This document shows positions 18,816 through 26,176 of a stretch of 41,804 nt of DNA, in pieces. Position 1 is the stretch's first letter. The number at the start of each line of letters is the position of its first letter. The DNA lies in the IMG/VR virus record IMGVR_UViG_3300024895_000001, positions 1 to 41,804 of that record; one strand, 5' to 3'. Position numbers and translations under genes: made by a program. The notes below the pieces were generated by a model, which did no database searches, was not told the origin of the DNA, and worked only from the letters and a program-made list of their open reading frames with translations. This stretch comes from a virus.

Positions 18816-19054
18816 TCGAGAATGCGCTGCTTCTTGTGTCTGCGGTGATCGTCATGTTCAAGGTGATCTCGGTCGTCGCGGCGATCAATATCCATGCTTT
18901 CGACGGGCATCCGTTCCAGTTTGTCGGCCTGGCGCTGCACTGGATGCTGATGGGTTCCGGCGCGGTCGCCGTCGTGCTCGGTGTTTCGGCCGGCGGCGCC
19001 ATGCTGCTGGCCGGCGTGGCGATTCGTGTGCTTTCGGATCGGAGGGCGAGATGA
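18812..19054 (+). CDS. Small 2-TM membrane protein (holin/antiholin candidate)
   Basis: 80 aa with two long hydrophobic segments and a basic tail (SDRRAR). It overlaps both neighbours by ATGA. Confidence 0.5.
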   Translation: MIENALLLVSAVIVMFKVISVVAAINIHAFDGHPFQFVGLALHWMLMGSGAVAVVLGVSAGGAMLLAGVAIRVLSDRRAR

Positions 19055-19593
19055 TCACCATCGAGCAGCTACGGCGCATCATGCCGCAGGCCGGCAAGCG
19101 GGCAGAGGTGTTCCTCGACCCGCTCAATGCGGCCATGGCCGAGTTCCATATCGACACCCAGCGCCGCGTCCAGGCCTTTCTGGCGCAGATCGCCCATGAG
19201 TCCGGCCAGTTGCGCTACACCCGTGAGCTCGCTTCCGGTGCTGCCTACGATACCGGGCGCCTGGCCGAGCGCCTGGGCAATACACCGGAAGCTGACGGCG
19301 ATGGACAGCGCTTCAAGGGGCGCGGCCTGATCCAGATCACCGGGCAATTCAACTATCGGCGCTGCAGTTGGGCGCTTTACAACGACGAGCGCTTGCTGAT
19401 CACGCCGGAACTGCTCGAGCAGCCCGAAGATGCGGCGCGTTCGGCCGCCTGGTTCTGGTGGTCGAATGGCCTCAACACAGTGGCCGACTGCCCGAACAGC
19501 TTCCAGGCGATCACCCGGCGCATCAATGGCGGCCTGAACGGCTACCCGGAGCGCCTGGCCTACTTCATCGCGGCACAAGGGGCCATCGTATGA
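19051..19593 (+). CDS. Endolysin, glycoside hydrolase family 19 (chitinase-like lysozyme)
   Basis: FLAQIAHESGQLRYTRE...GDGQRFKGRGLIQITGQFNY...RINGGLNG is the recognisable GH19 phage-endolysin signature. Confidence 0.85.
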   Translation: MITIEQLRRIMPQAGKRAEVFLDPLNAAMAEFHIDTQRRVQAFLAQIAHESGQLRYTRELASGAAYDTGRLAERLGNTPEADGDGQRFKGRGLIQITGQFNYRRCSWALYNDERLLITPELLEQPEDAARSAAWFWWSNGLNTVADCPNSFQAITRRINGGLNGYPERLAYFIAAQGAIV

Positions 19594-20072
19594 GCCCGCT
19601 CGATCTGATCCCGATGCCGTACCGGCTGCTCGTCGGGGCCGTGGTGGCGCTGGCCATCCTCGTCGCCGCCTATGCCTTCGGCCATTCGCACGGCGCCGAT
19701 CTGGTTCAGGCGCGCTGGGATGCGGCCAGCCTGGCGCAGGCAGCGGCGGCCGCCGAAGCCGAGGCAAAAAGCCTGGCAAAAGAACGATCCTTCCAACAAC
19801 AACTCGATGAGGCCCGCAATGCCGCGACCGAACGTGAAAATAAACTCCGCGCTGATGCGGATGCTGCCCGCACTGCTGCTCTCAGCCTGCGCGACACCGT
19901 CGCCGCCCTCCGTGGTCAGTTGTCCGCAGCTTCCCCGGAAACCTGCCGTCGAATTGCCGGCGCAGCCGTCGATGTATTCGACGAATGCGCGGATGCATAT
20001 CGAGCAGTGGCAGAAGCGGCTGACCGATTCGGCAGCAGCGCCAAAACCCTGAACGACGGCTGGCCGCAGTGA
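19590..20072 (+). CDS. i-spanin (Rz-like)
   Basis: ATG 19590 overlaps the endolysin stop. It has an N-terminal TM helix (LLVGAVVALAILVAAYAF) and then a coiled-coil periplasmic part. The annotated longer ORF from 19368 is an upstream extension into the endolysin. Confidence 0.7.
   Translation: MSPLDLIPMPYRLLVGAVVALAILVAAYAFGHSHGADLVQARWDAASLAQAAAAAEAEAKSLAKERSFQQQLDEARNAATERENKLRADADAARTAALSLRDTVAALRGQLSAASPETCRRIAGAAVDVFDECADAYRAVAEAADRFGSSAKTLNDGWPQ
19819..20052 (+). CDS. o-spanin (Rz1-like lipoprotein) fully embedded in the +1 frame of the i-spanin gene
   Basis: Signal peptide plus lipobox: ...MRMLPALLLSA|C followed by the Pro-rich ATPSPPSVVSCPQLP. Alternative starts are at 19807, 19855 and 19861. 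Confidence 0.65.
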   Translation: MPRPNVKINSALMRMLPALLLSACATPSPPSVVSCPQLPRKPAVELPAQPSMYSTNARMHIEQWQKRLTDSAAAPKP

Positions 20073-20488
20073 TGGAAAACTGCCTGACCTACGCCCTGCG
20101 CATCGCCCGATATGCCAGAAACACGGATCACCTGGTGATCCGGAAAAGCCACTGGGGCTGGTTCCCGCACTTTGCGGTGATCTTCGAGCTGGCCGACGGG
20201 TCGCTGGTCAAGAAGGAATACGTCCCGACCAAGCCCAGGCCGCGCTGGCTGCCGCCGCTGTTTTTCAAGGGGGTCGAGAAGACGACCTTCTACCGTCGAG
20301 AAAGGATCGATGATGACCGCGAAGATCGTCGTGCTGGAAGAATGGAGATCCAGTCACCCGCCTGCGCTGCAGTGCTGGAATGCCGCGCTCAAATGCTGGT
20401 GGAACTGGGCGTCGCTGGCCTGGTATCTTCCGGTCGCAATGTCGCGAATGAGTCACAAGCGGCTGGAAGGCCAATAGATACGCCATAG
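20069..20488 (+). CDS. Hypothetical protein (last + strand gene before attP)
   Basis: 139-aa ORF. The 3' third has poor GC3 and is overlapped by a better-looking 55-codon ORF (see findings). Confidence 0.45.
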   Translation: MMENCLTYALRIARYARNTDHLVIRKSHWGWFPHFAVIFELADGSLVKKEYVPTKPRPRWLPPLFFKGVEKTTFYRRERIDDDREDRRAGRMEIQSPACAAVLECRAQMLVELGVAGLVSSGRNVANESQAAGRPIDTP

Positions 20489-20496
20489 AAGGCGGT

Positions 20497-20519
20497 TTCG
20501 AGTCCCTCCGGGCACGCCA
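20497..20519 (+). other. Candidate attP core: 3' end of a tRNA gene (T-loop, T-stem 3' half, acceptor 3' half, discriminator, CCA)
   Basis: The string reads ttcgagt-ccctc-cgggcac-g-cca. The 5 nt upstream (gcggt) cannot pair with ccctc, so this is only a tRNA 3' fragment, as expected for a tRNA-targeting attP next to int. Confidence 0.55.
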
Positions 20520-20584
20520 TAAACATCAATTAAATCAATCTGATAGTGTAAAACGGTCGTTTTAAAGTGACGGTGATATATCGC

Positions 20585-21274
20585 TCATTGGCTTTGCTGA
20601 GTCACAGGATGGGTCGCAGGATTTATCCTGATTTCATTGGTGATTGATTCTTCCAGCGTCTTCATCATGTTTCGCGTAAACCCAACGGACATGGCCGCAA
20701 GAACCTTGTCGCCCCACTCGCCAATTGCCACATTCACACAGAAGCAAATTACCCGAAGATTGTCGAATCGATAGGGGCCGTTGGAATCGATCCGGTCGAT
20801 GCTGAGCTTAAATGGGTGTCTTGATGTCGTTCCGATCTCAAGTGGTATTCCAGTAAGGGCGCATACGCCGTTGCTGTGCAAAATTGCCTCTAGCATCTCC
20901 TGTTCCAGTAGGAAAAACTCAATATTACGTTCTCGCGCCGACCGCTTTAGATCGAGATACTTCTTTCGGATGGCACCCCGGGCTTGAAGTTGTTGGACGG
21001 TTTCGTTCCATGGCTGGCTGTGGTCAGCAAAAAGATTCTGGGCGGTTCTTTTTGCAACAGATGCCGAGTTATTTTCGATGATCGAATCCCTTAGTAGCCT
21101 GGCGGCATTCAGATTGTTCGATTTGACCGATTTACGAACGCGTTTCCCATCGATAACGAGATCGATAGTCAGGTTTCCGTTCCTGGATGCAATTCCGTCC
21201 TCAATCCGAATCCATCCTAGCGAAGTGGCATTACGTTCCTGTTTTTTCTGTTTTCGCATTTTCTTGTGCTCCAA
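20585..21274 (-). CDS. Hypothetical protein with C-terminal HNH/His-Me-finger-like (possibly degenerate) motif; low-GC cargo gene between int and attP
   Basis: The motif is ...CALTGIPLE...KLSIDRIDSNGPYRFDNLRVICFCVNVAIGEWG. The region is visibly more AT-rich than its flanks. An alternative start is at 21259. Confidence 0.45.
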   Translation of the reverse strand: MEHKKMRKQKKQERNATSLGWIRIEDGIASRNGNLTIDLVIDGKRVRKSVKSNNLNAARLLRDSIIENNSASVAKRTAQNLFADHSQPWNETVQQLQARGAIRKKYLDLKRSARERNIEFFLLEQEMLEAILHSNGVCALTGIPLEIGTTSRHPFKLSIDRIDSNGPYRFDNLRVICFCVNVAIGEWGDKVLAAMSVGFTRNMMKTLEESITNEIRINPATHPVTQQSQ

Positions 21275-22421
21275 ACATCGCGACAGCCTTGTTTCCGACG
21301 TCTGGTGTCGCTGATTTTATCCACCGCGCATATACCCGGGCCAGCATGCTCAGGTCGGCGTGGCCCATCTGGCTGGCGACCCATCCGAGGGGCTCGCCAG
21401 CGGTCAGCATCATTGAGGCGTAGGTGTGCCTGGTCTGGTATGGACGCCGGTACCGGGCGCCTGATTTCTTGATGGCGGTCTTCCATGGGCCCTGGCGAAT
21501 GGCCTCGTCGCCTTCCCACGGATTTCCGGTGCGTGGATCCCGGAAGATCACGCCGCCCTGCAGAAAGGTAATCTCCTTCTGACGCTTCAGTGCAGCCAGC
21601 GCTGGGGCCAGCAGCTTGACGTCGCGGACTCCCTTGCGGGTCTTGGTCGTCTCCGGTTCGTCCGCGAACTGCGTCTTGGCCTTGTTGATCCTGGCCTCTC
21701 CCCTTATCCAGTCGATATCATCCCAGGTCAGCGCGACCAGCTCCGAGGTGCGCAGGCCGGTCCAGAACAGGAACTCGAACATGTTCTTGTGCTGTGGCTC
21801 GTTCATCGCGGCCAGGATGGCTTCGCGTTCGATTGCTTCGAACGGGTCGACGTCGTCCTTGGTCTTGATGGTCTCGGCGTTTTCGTATTTCCAGCCGTAG
21901 AGCGGGTTGGTTTCGATCAGGTCGTCGTCGAGCGCATCCTGAAGCGCGGAGCGAAGAACGCTTTGCACGTTGGCCAGCCATTTGTTGCTGCATTCCTGCT
22001 TTTTGCACCAGTCGCGAACATGCACGCGGCGCAGCTCTGGAAGAAGGATGCGGCCAAGCTCCGTCTGGTTGATCATGGTGACGATCTTGTCGTAACCGGC
22101 CCAGGTGCTGGCCTTCAGTTGTTTCTGCTTCCCCTTGATCCAGCCTTCGAGATAGTCCTCGAGGAGCGTCCAGGCGCTTTGTGGGCGCTCGGCAAACTTG
22201 AAACGGTTCTTTGATTCCGGGAAGGTGACGGCGTAGTCGAAGGTATTGTGGGCGATCGCATCAAGGATCGCGGCCCGGTGCTGGGCGACCTTCTTTAGAT
22301 TTGCAGGGGTTGGGGCGAGCTTGAACGTTTCGCGGCACCGCTGGCCGCGATAGATGAAGTCGATCTCGATGCTTTTTTGGCTACGGGAGCGAACCCCGTC
22401 GAAAGTCCTTGTTCCACCCAT
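21231..22421 (-). CDS. int: Tyrosine integrase (lambda-type, with N-terminal arm-binding-like domain)
   Basis: Start ATG at 22421 (MGGTRTFDGV...IEIDFIYRGQRCRE). The catalytic region reads ...FWTGLRTSEL...RHTYASMMLTAGEPLGWVASQMGHADLSMLARVYARW (R..HxxR..Y pattern). The 505-aa ORF call is an upstream extension. Confidence 0.85.
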   Translation of the reverse strand: MGGTRTFDGVRSRSQKSIEIDFIYRGQRCRETFKLAPTPANLKKVAQHRAAILDAIAHNTFDYAVTFPESKNRFKFAERPQSAWTLLEDYLEGWIKGKQKQLKASTWAGYDKIVTMINQTELGRILLPELRRVHVRDWCKKQECSNKWLANVQSVLRSALQDALDDDLIETNPLYGWKYENAETIKTKDDVDPFEAIEREAILAAMNEPQHKNMFEFLFWTGLRTSELVALTWDDIDWIRGEARINKAKTQFADEPETTKTRKGVRDVKLLAPALAALKRQKEITFLQGGVIFRDPRTGNPWEGDEAIRQGPWKTAIKKSGARYRRPYQTRHTYASMMLTAGEPLGWVASQMGHADLSMLARVYARWIKSATPDVGNKAVAMFGAQENAKTEKTGT

Positions 22422-22579
22422 GCTTCGTATCCGTCCATGTCGATGACGACGTGCCGGTCCGGTGCTTTTCTGAATTCCCGGTCTTCCAGCCACACGCCGT
22501 CCCTTATCTTGGCACGCACGGCCTCTTCTGTGTAGCCCGTGAGCTCGCAGAATTTCGGGATGAGGACGTAGCGTGCCAT
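22295..22579 (-). CDS. xis: Excisionase-like DNA-binding protein
   Basis: MARYVLIPKFCELTGYTEEAVRAKIRDGVWLEDREFRKAPDRHVVIDMDGYEAWVEQG matches the Xis/DUF1233-like pattern. It lies directly upstream of int and overlaps it by about 127 nt. Confidence 0.7.
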   Translation of the reverse strand: MARYVLIPKFCELTGYTEEAVRAKIRDGVWLEDREFRKAPDRHVVIDMDGYEAWVEQGLSTGFAPVAKKASRSTSSIAASGAAKRSSSPQPLQI

Positions 22580-22582
22580 GGC

Positions 22583-22873
22583 TTATACCGCCTCCGGCAG
22601 GCTTTTGTCGTGGCGCGGTTTGTATTTGCGGATCTGGCCAGCATCGACCAGCGGCGTGGCGATATGCCAGAACTGGGCATTGGTCAGATTGAACTTGATC
22701 TGCATTTCCTTGGCCTCGACCTTGCGGGGCTTTTGGCTGCGCAACCACTCAAGGATCTCGGCGCGTTTGGCAATGACTTCAGGGCTGACATGTTTGGCTC
22801 TGGACTGGTCACGTTCGTTCTCGTGCCACCAGGTTGGCCGCTGGATCTGATCGATGGCAAGGGCTAGGCTCAT
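22583..22873 (-). CDS. Hypothetical protein
   Basis: 96-aa ORF, tightly packed in the operon. Confidence 0.5.
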   Translation of the reverse strand: MSLALAIDQIQRPTWWHENERDQSRAKHVSPEVIAKRAEILEWLRSQKPRKVEAKEMQIKFNLTNAQFWHIATPLVDAGQIRKYKPRHDKSLPEAV

Positions 22874-23391
22874 TGCTGGATGATCTCCATGAAGCGTTGG
22901 TAGAAGAGCAGCTCGGCGCGGTTGCTGTTGATGGCGATCAGCTTGGCGTCCATGGGGCGGACGCCGGTGAGGATCGGCCAGTCTGTGTCATCGTCAGGCA
23001 TCAAGTCGCGGCGCTCGGTGGCCAGCATGGTGCGGTCGGCGCTGGTGACCTGGTCGCTCTGTGATTCAGGAAGGCCGAAGCGGGTGCGGATCACGGCCTG
23101 CAGCTTGTCCTCGATGCGGCGATAGTCCGGCAACAGCTGCTTGAGTGGGCGCGGAATGTCCTTGATGTAGGCCTCGCTGGCGTCGTGCAGCAGTGCCTCA
23201 AGGGCAAACTGCTGATCGACGATCCTGCTGGCGACGACGCTGTGCTGGGCGACGGTGTAGTAGTACTTGGTCTGGCCGGCGAAGCGGGATTCCCGGGAGA
23301 GGCCCTTGATGATGTCCTCGATGCGGATCATGTCAGGCTGCGGGTCGATCAGGTCGATGTGGCGGCCTGAGTGGGTTAGTAGCCAGGTCAT
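22870..23391 (-). CDS. HD-domain phosphohydrolase
   Basis: ATG 23391 overlaps the methylase stop (ATGA). It has ...VAQHSVV...ALLHDASEAYIKDIP... (H...HD...D pattern). Confidence 0.65.
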   Translation of the reverse strand: MTWLLTHSGRHIDLIDPQPDMIRIEDIIKGLSRESRFAGQTKYYYTVAQHSVVASRIVDQQFALEALLHDASEAYIKDIPRPLKQLLPDYRRIEDKLQAVIRTRFGLPESQSDQVTSADRTMLATERRDLMPDDDTDWPILTGVRPMDAKLIAINSNRAELLFYQRFMEIIQQ

Positions 23392-25223
23392 GCTGCTCTC
23401 CGTGTGATAGACATTTCTGGAAGATTGGCGCGAACAAGTGCGGCGGCCAAAGGCGGGCAAACGCTGTTGCCGCACATGCGAACCTGCGCCGATTTGGTCA
23501 GGTTGATGCGCTGGCCGTTGTGATCGATGCCCCATTCCGTGATGTAGCTATCGGGGAAACCTTGGGCTTTGAAAAGCTCCTTCGGCGCCAGCATGCGCAG
23601 GCCTATGTCGGCGATCTGGTATTCCTCGCCGGCCACCGTGACGAGGCCGTAGCGGTCCTTGGTGGTGACGGTGTGAAGGGGTTCCTGCAGGTTCGGGTCT
23701 TGGTCGGTGCCGTAGTACTTGATCAAGAAGGCGCGGACCTCGGCGAAGTGGGTTCCTTGGGCGCTGACGGTATGAAGCGGCTCGCCGATTGGCTGGCCGT
23801 CTTGGCTGGTGCCGCGCAGCTTGACCAAGTTGCTGGTGACAATGCCGGCGGTCGCACCGTTGGCGGTGATGGTGTTGATCGGCTGTTCGATGTCACGGAT
23901 GCCGTGGCTGAATCGTTTGCCACCGTCTTGGCCTTCGCCGTGGCCCATGTGGATCAGGTTGGCGGTGACCAGGCTGTTGTGGTCGGTGCTGGTAACTGTG
24001 TGAAGCGGCTCGCCTTGCAGGCTGTGACCAACAACACCACCGTAGTGCTTCGCCATGAAAGCAGATACCAGCGCGTGTTTCTGGCTTCCGACAAGCGTTC
24101 CAAGCGGCTTTTCGATGTCCAGCGCCCTTGGCGCCTGGCCGTCGCGTTCGCCGTAGCCGGTTTGAACCAGGGTCGGCGCGATCAGCGCATGGTGGCCGCC
24201 CTTGGTCTGGGCGCAGATAGTGCGCAACGGCTCGTCAGCCGGCATGCTGCGCGGTGAGGATGCGTTGGCATGCTCAGTCAGAACTGGTGCGACCAAAGCC
24301 ATTTCGCCGCGGTGGGCAGCCGTGATTGTTGGAATGGGCTGCTCCATCGGATAGCGACGGTCGGCGCCCTGGTGTGTAAGCGGGACGATGAACGGCTCGG
24401 ATTCATCGACGACGTAGCGCATGATGCCCTTGGCAATCCGGCGCAACGTGGCCGGCGCAAGTTCGCGCTTGCGCTCAAAAATCGACGGACAAGGAATCGA
24501 CCAGTCGATGCACTCGGCAGCAGTGCGCCACGGCTGCATAACGACGCCATCCGGATTAAGGATGCGGTCTTTGCGGCCCTTGAAGCGCTTGTCAGCGGGG
24601 TCGTAGTGCGTTGCTTCCGGCCAGACAATCGGCTGACCATCTCGACGGGCGATCAGGAACAGGCGCTTGCGGATCGTCGGCGTACCGTAGTCGCAGGCGC
24701 GCAGCTCGCGGTGCTCGATCTGGTATCCATGGCGGCGCAGGGCGTTGCAGAAGGCATTGAACTCGCGGCCCTTGTTCTTCGGGCATGGCCGGGCCTTTCC
24801 ATCGCTATCAACGATCAACGGGCCCCAGGTGCGGAATTCTTCGACGTTCTCCAGCATGATGACGCGCGGCTTGGCGACGGCTGCCCATCGCAAAGCGACC
24901 CAAGCGAGGCCGCGAATCTTCTTCTCGACGGGCTTTCTGCCCTTGGCCTTGCTGAAATGCTTGCAGTCTGGGGAAAGCCAGACCAGACCTACGGGGCGCC
25001 CATGCGTGACTTCGCGCGGGTCGATTTCCCAGACGCTTTCGCAGTAGTGCTTCGTCTCTGGGTGGTTCGCCGTGTGCATGGCGACGGCTTCCGGATCGTG
25101 GTTGATGGCAATGTCGACGCGCCGGCCGAGCGCAAGCTCGATGCCGGTTGAGGCGCCACCGCCACCGGCAAAGTTGTCGATGATCAACTCGCCGTGAATG
25201 TCGAGATTTAGCTGCAGGGTCAT
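23388..25223 (-). CDS. DNA (cytosine-5)-methyltransferase with expanded, internally repeated target-recognition region
   Basis: Motif I is DNFAGGGGAS, motif IV SPDCKHFS, motif VI MLENVEEF, motif VIII TIRKRLFLIA and motif X GNSVCPPL. About 330 aa between motifs VIII and IX hold about 7 repeats of the [EQK]P[LI].T[ILV] module. Confidence 0.85.
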   Translation of the reverse strand: MTLQLNLDIHGELIIDNFAGGGGASTGIELALGRRVDIAINHDPEAVAMHTANHPETKHYCESVWEIDPREVTHGRPVGLVWLSPDCKHFSKAKGRKPVEKKIRGLAWVALRWAAVAKPRVIMLENVEEFRTWGPLIVDSDGKARPCPKNKGREFNAFCNALRRHGYQIEHRELRACDYGTPTIRKRLFLIARRDGQPIVWPEATHYDPADKRFKGRKDRILNPDGVVMQPWRTAAECIDWSIPCPSIFERKRELAPATLRRIAKGIMRYVVDESEPFIVPLTHQGADRRYPMEQPIPTITAAHRGEMALVAPVLTEHANASSPRSMPADEPLRTICAQTKGGHHALIAPTLVQTGYGERDGQAPRALDIEKPLGTLVGSQKHALVSAFMAKHYGGVVGHSLQGEPLHTVTSTDHNSLVTANLIHMGHGEGQDGGKRFSHGIRDIEQPINTITANGATAGIVTSNLVKLRGTSQDGQPIGEPLHTVSAQGTHFAEVRAFLIKYYGTDQDPNLQEPLHTVTTKDRYGLVTVAGEEYQIADIGLRMLAPKELFKAQGFPDSYITEWGIDHNGQRINLTKSAQVRMCGNSVCPPLAAALVRANLPEMSITRRAA

Positions 25224-26176
25224 ACTTCCACCTCTTCACCAAGGCTGCCGGCCGGGTAGAAGACGATGGCCGGGCCAGAAGTTTCAATTTCGGCCTTTTT
25301 TTCGGCCTGACCGTAGCTTTCCGTGTCGCCAAGCTCCGGCGACAGCGTGCCCATGATTTCGAATTCAATGGCCTGCTGGCGGGTGATGCGGAAGCCGGCG
25401 GCGTGTTTGTGGCCGCCACCGCCGAAGCGCTTGGCGATGGTTTCGACGTTGGCGCCGTCTGGTGCTGAGCGCAGGGAGAAGCGGCGGCCGTCTTCGTCGT
25501 CGTAGTAGGTGGCGGCGAACGGGTTGCCTTCGGCCAGCCTGGCACCAACGTCGCTGGCGAACATCCATGGGGCGTTGGCGGCCGGTATGTGGGTGCCGGC
25601 GATGTTGATCCAGCGGGTGGCGTTGTCGGCGATGGCGGCGACGTCGGCGCTGTGCTTGCGGATCAGGCTGCGGCCTTCGCGCTCGAGCTCGACCGGCGGC
25701 ATGGTCATCAGCTGATCCCAATGCTCGAAGGTCATCGGGTAGGAAAACACGGCAGCCATGATTTCCCGTGTCATGGGCAGCTTGAACTGCCACAGGTCGC
25801 GGTCCTGGATGTGATCGAACAGCAGCGGCTGCATTTCGCCAGGGAACAGGTGTTGCCAGGTGAGTGCGGCGCCGCATTTGGTGTTGTCGAAGATGGCGCG
25901 GGCTTTGGCCGGCAGGTCTTGCAGATCGGCCTGCGAGGTGTCGTGGTGGTCGATGATTAGCACGTCGTTGGCTTGTTCGATAAGCTGCAGCATGACGTCG
26001 CGTTTGTAGCTGAAGTCGACAATGATGACGTTGCGGCCGGTGACGTCGGGCGGGGCTTTGCCGTAGATTCCGGGGTGGAATTCGACGAGGCCGGCATGAA
26101 AGCGGCGAACGGCCCAGGCTGCGGCAAAGCCGTCGGTGCAGGCGTGGTGGTAGATGCAGAGCGGCAAGTGAGTCAT
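25220..26176 (-). CDS. DHH-family phosphoesterase (DHH + DHHA1-like, GGGH motif)
   Basis: The motifs are CIYHHACTDG..., ...IIDHHDT..., and ...FGGGGHKHAAGF. ATGA overlaps with both the RT stop and the methylase start. Confidence 0.7.
   Translation of the reverse strand: MTHLPLCIYHHACTDGFAAAWAVRRFHAGLVEFHPGIYGKAPPDVTGRNVIIVDFSYKRDVMLQLIEQANDVLIIDHHDTSQADLQDLPAKARAIFDNTKCGAALTWQHLFPGEMQPLLFDHIQDRDLWQFKLPMTREIMAAVFSYPMTFEHWDQLMTMPPVELEREGRSLIRKHSADVAAIADNATRWINIAGTHIPAANAPWMFASDVGARLAEGNPFAATYYDDEDGRRFSLRSAPDGANVETIAKRFGGGGHKHAAGFRITRQQAIEFEIMGTLSPELGDTESYGQAEKKAEIETSGPAIVFYPAGSLGEEVEV

Noticed and set aside
19368-19589. N-terminal extension of the i-spanin ORF (234-aa version).
   Set aside because: It overlaps the endolysin in another frame. 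The ATG at 19590 overlaps the endolysin stop and immediately precedes the TM helix.
20470-20519. A complete tRNA gene ending in ...ggcacgCCA.
   Set aside because: Only the T-loop and downstream parts fit. The 5 nt preceding the T-loop do not pair with the T-stem 3' half, and no anticodon or D arms could be folded upstream. It is interpreted as an attP tRNA fragment.
21231-22748. 505-aa integrase ORF as given by the ORF track.
   Set aside because: The first 109 codons are Arg/Gly/Pro-rich and overlap the excisionase gene in another frame. The arm-binding-like sequence starts right after the ATG at 22421.
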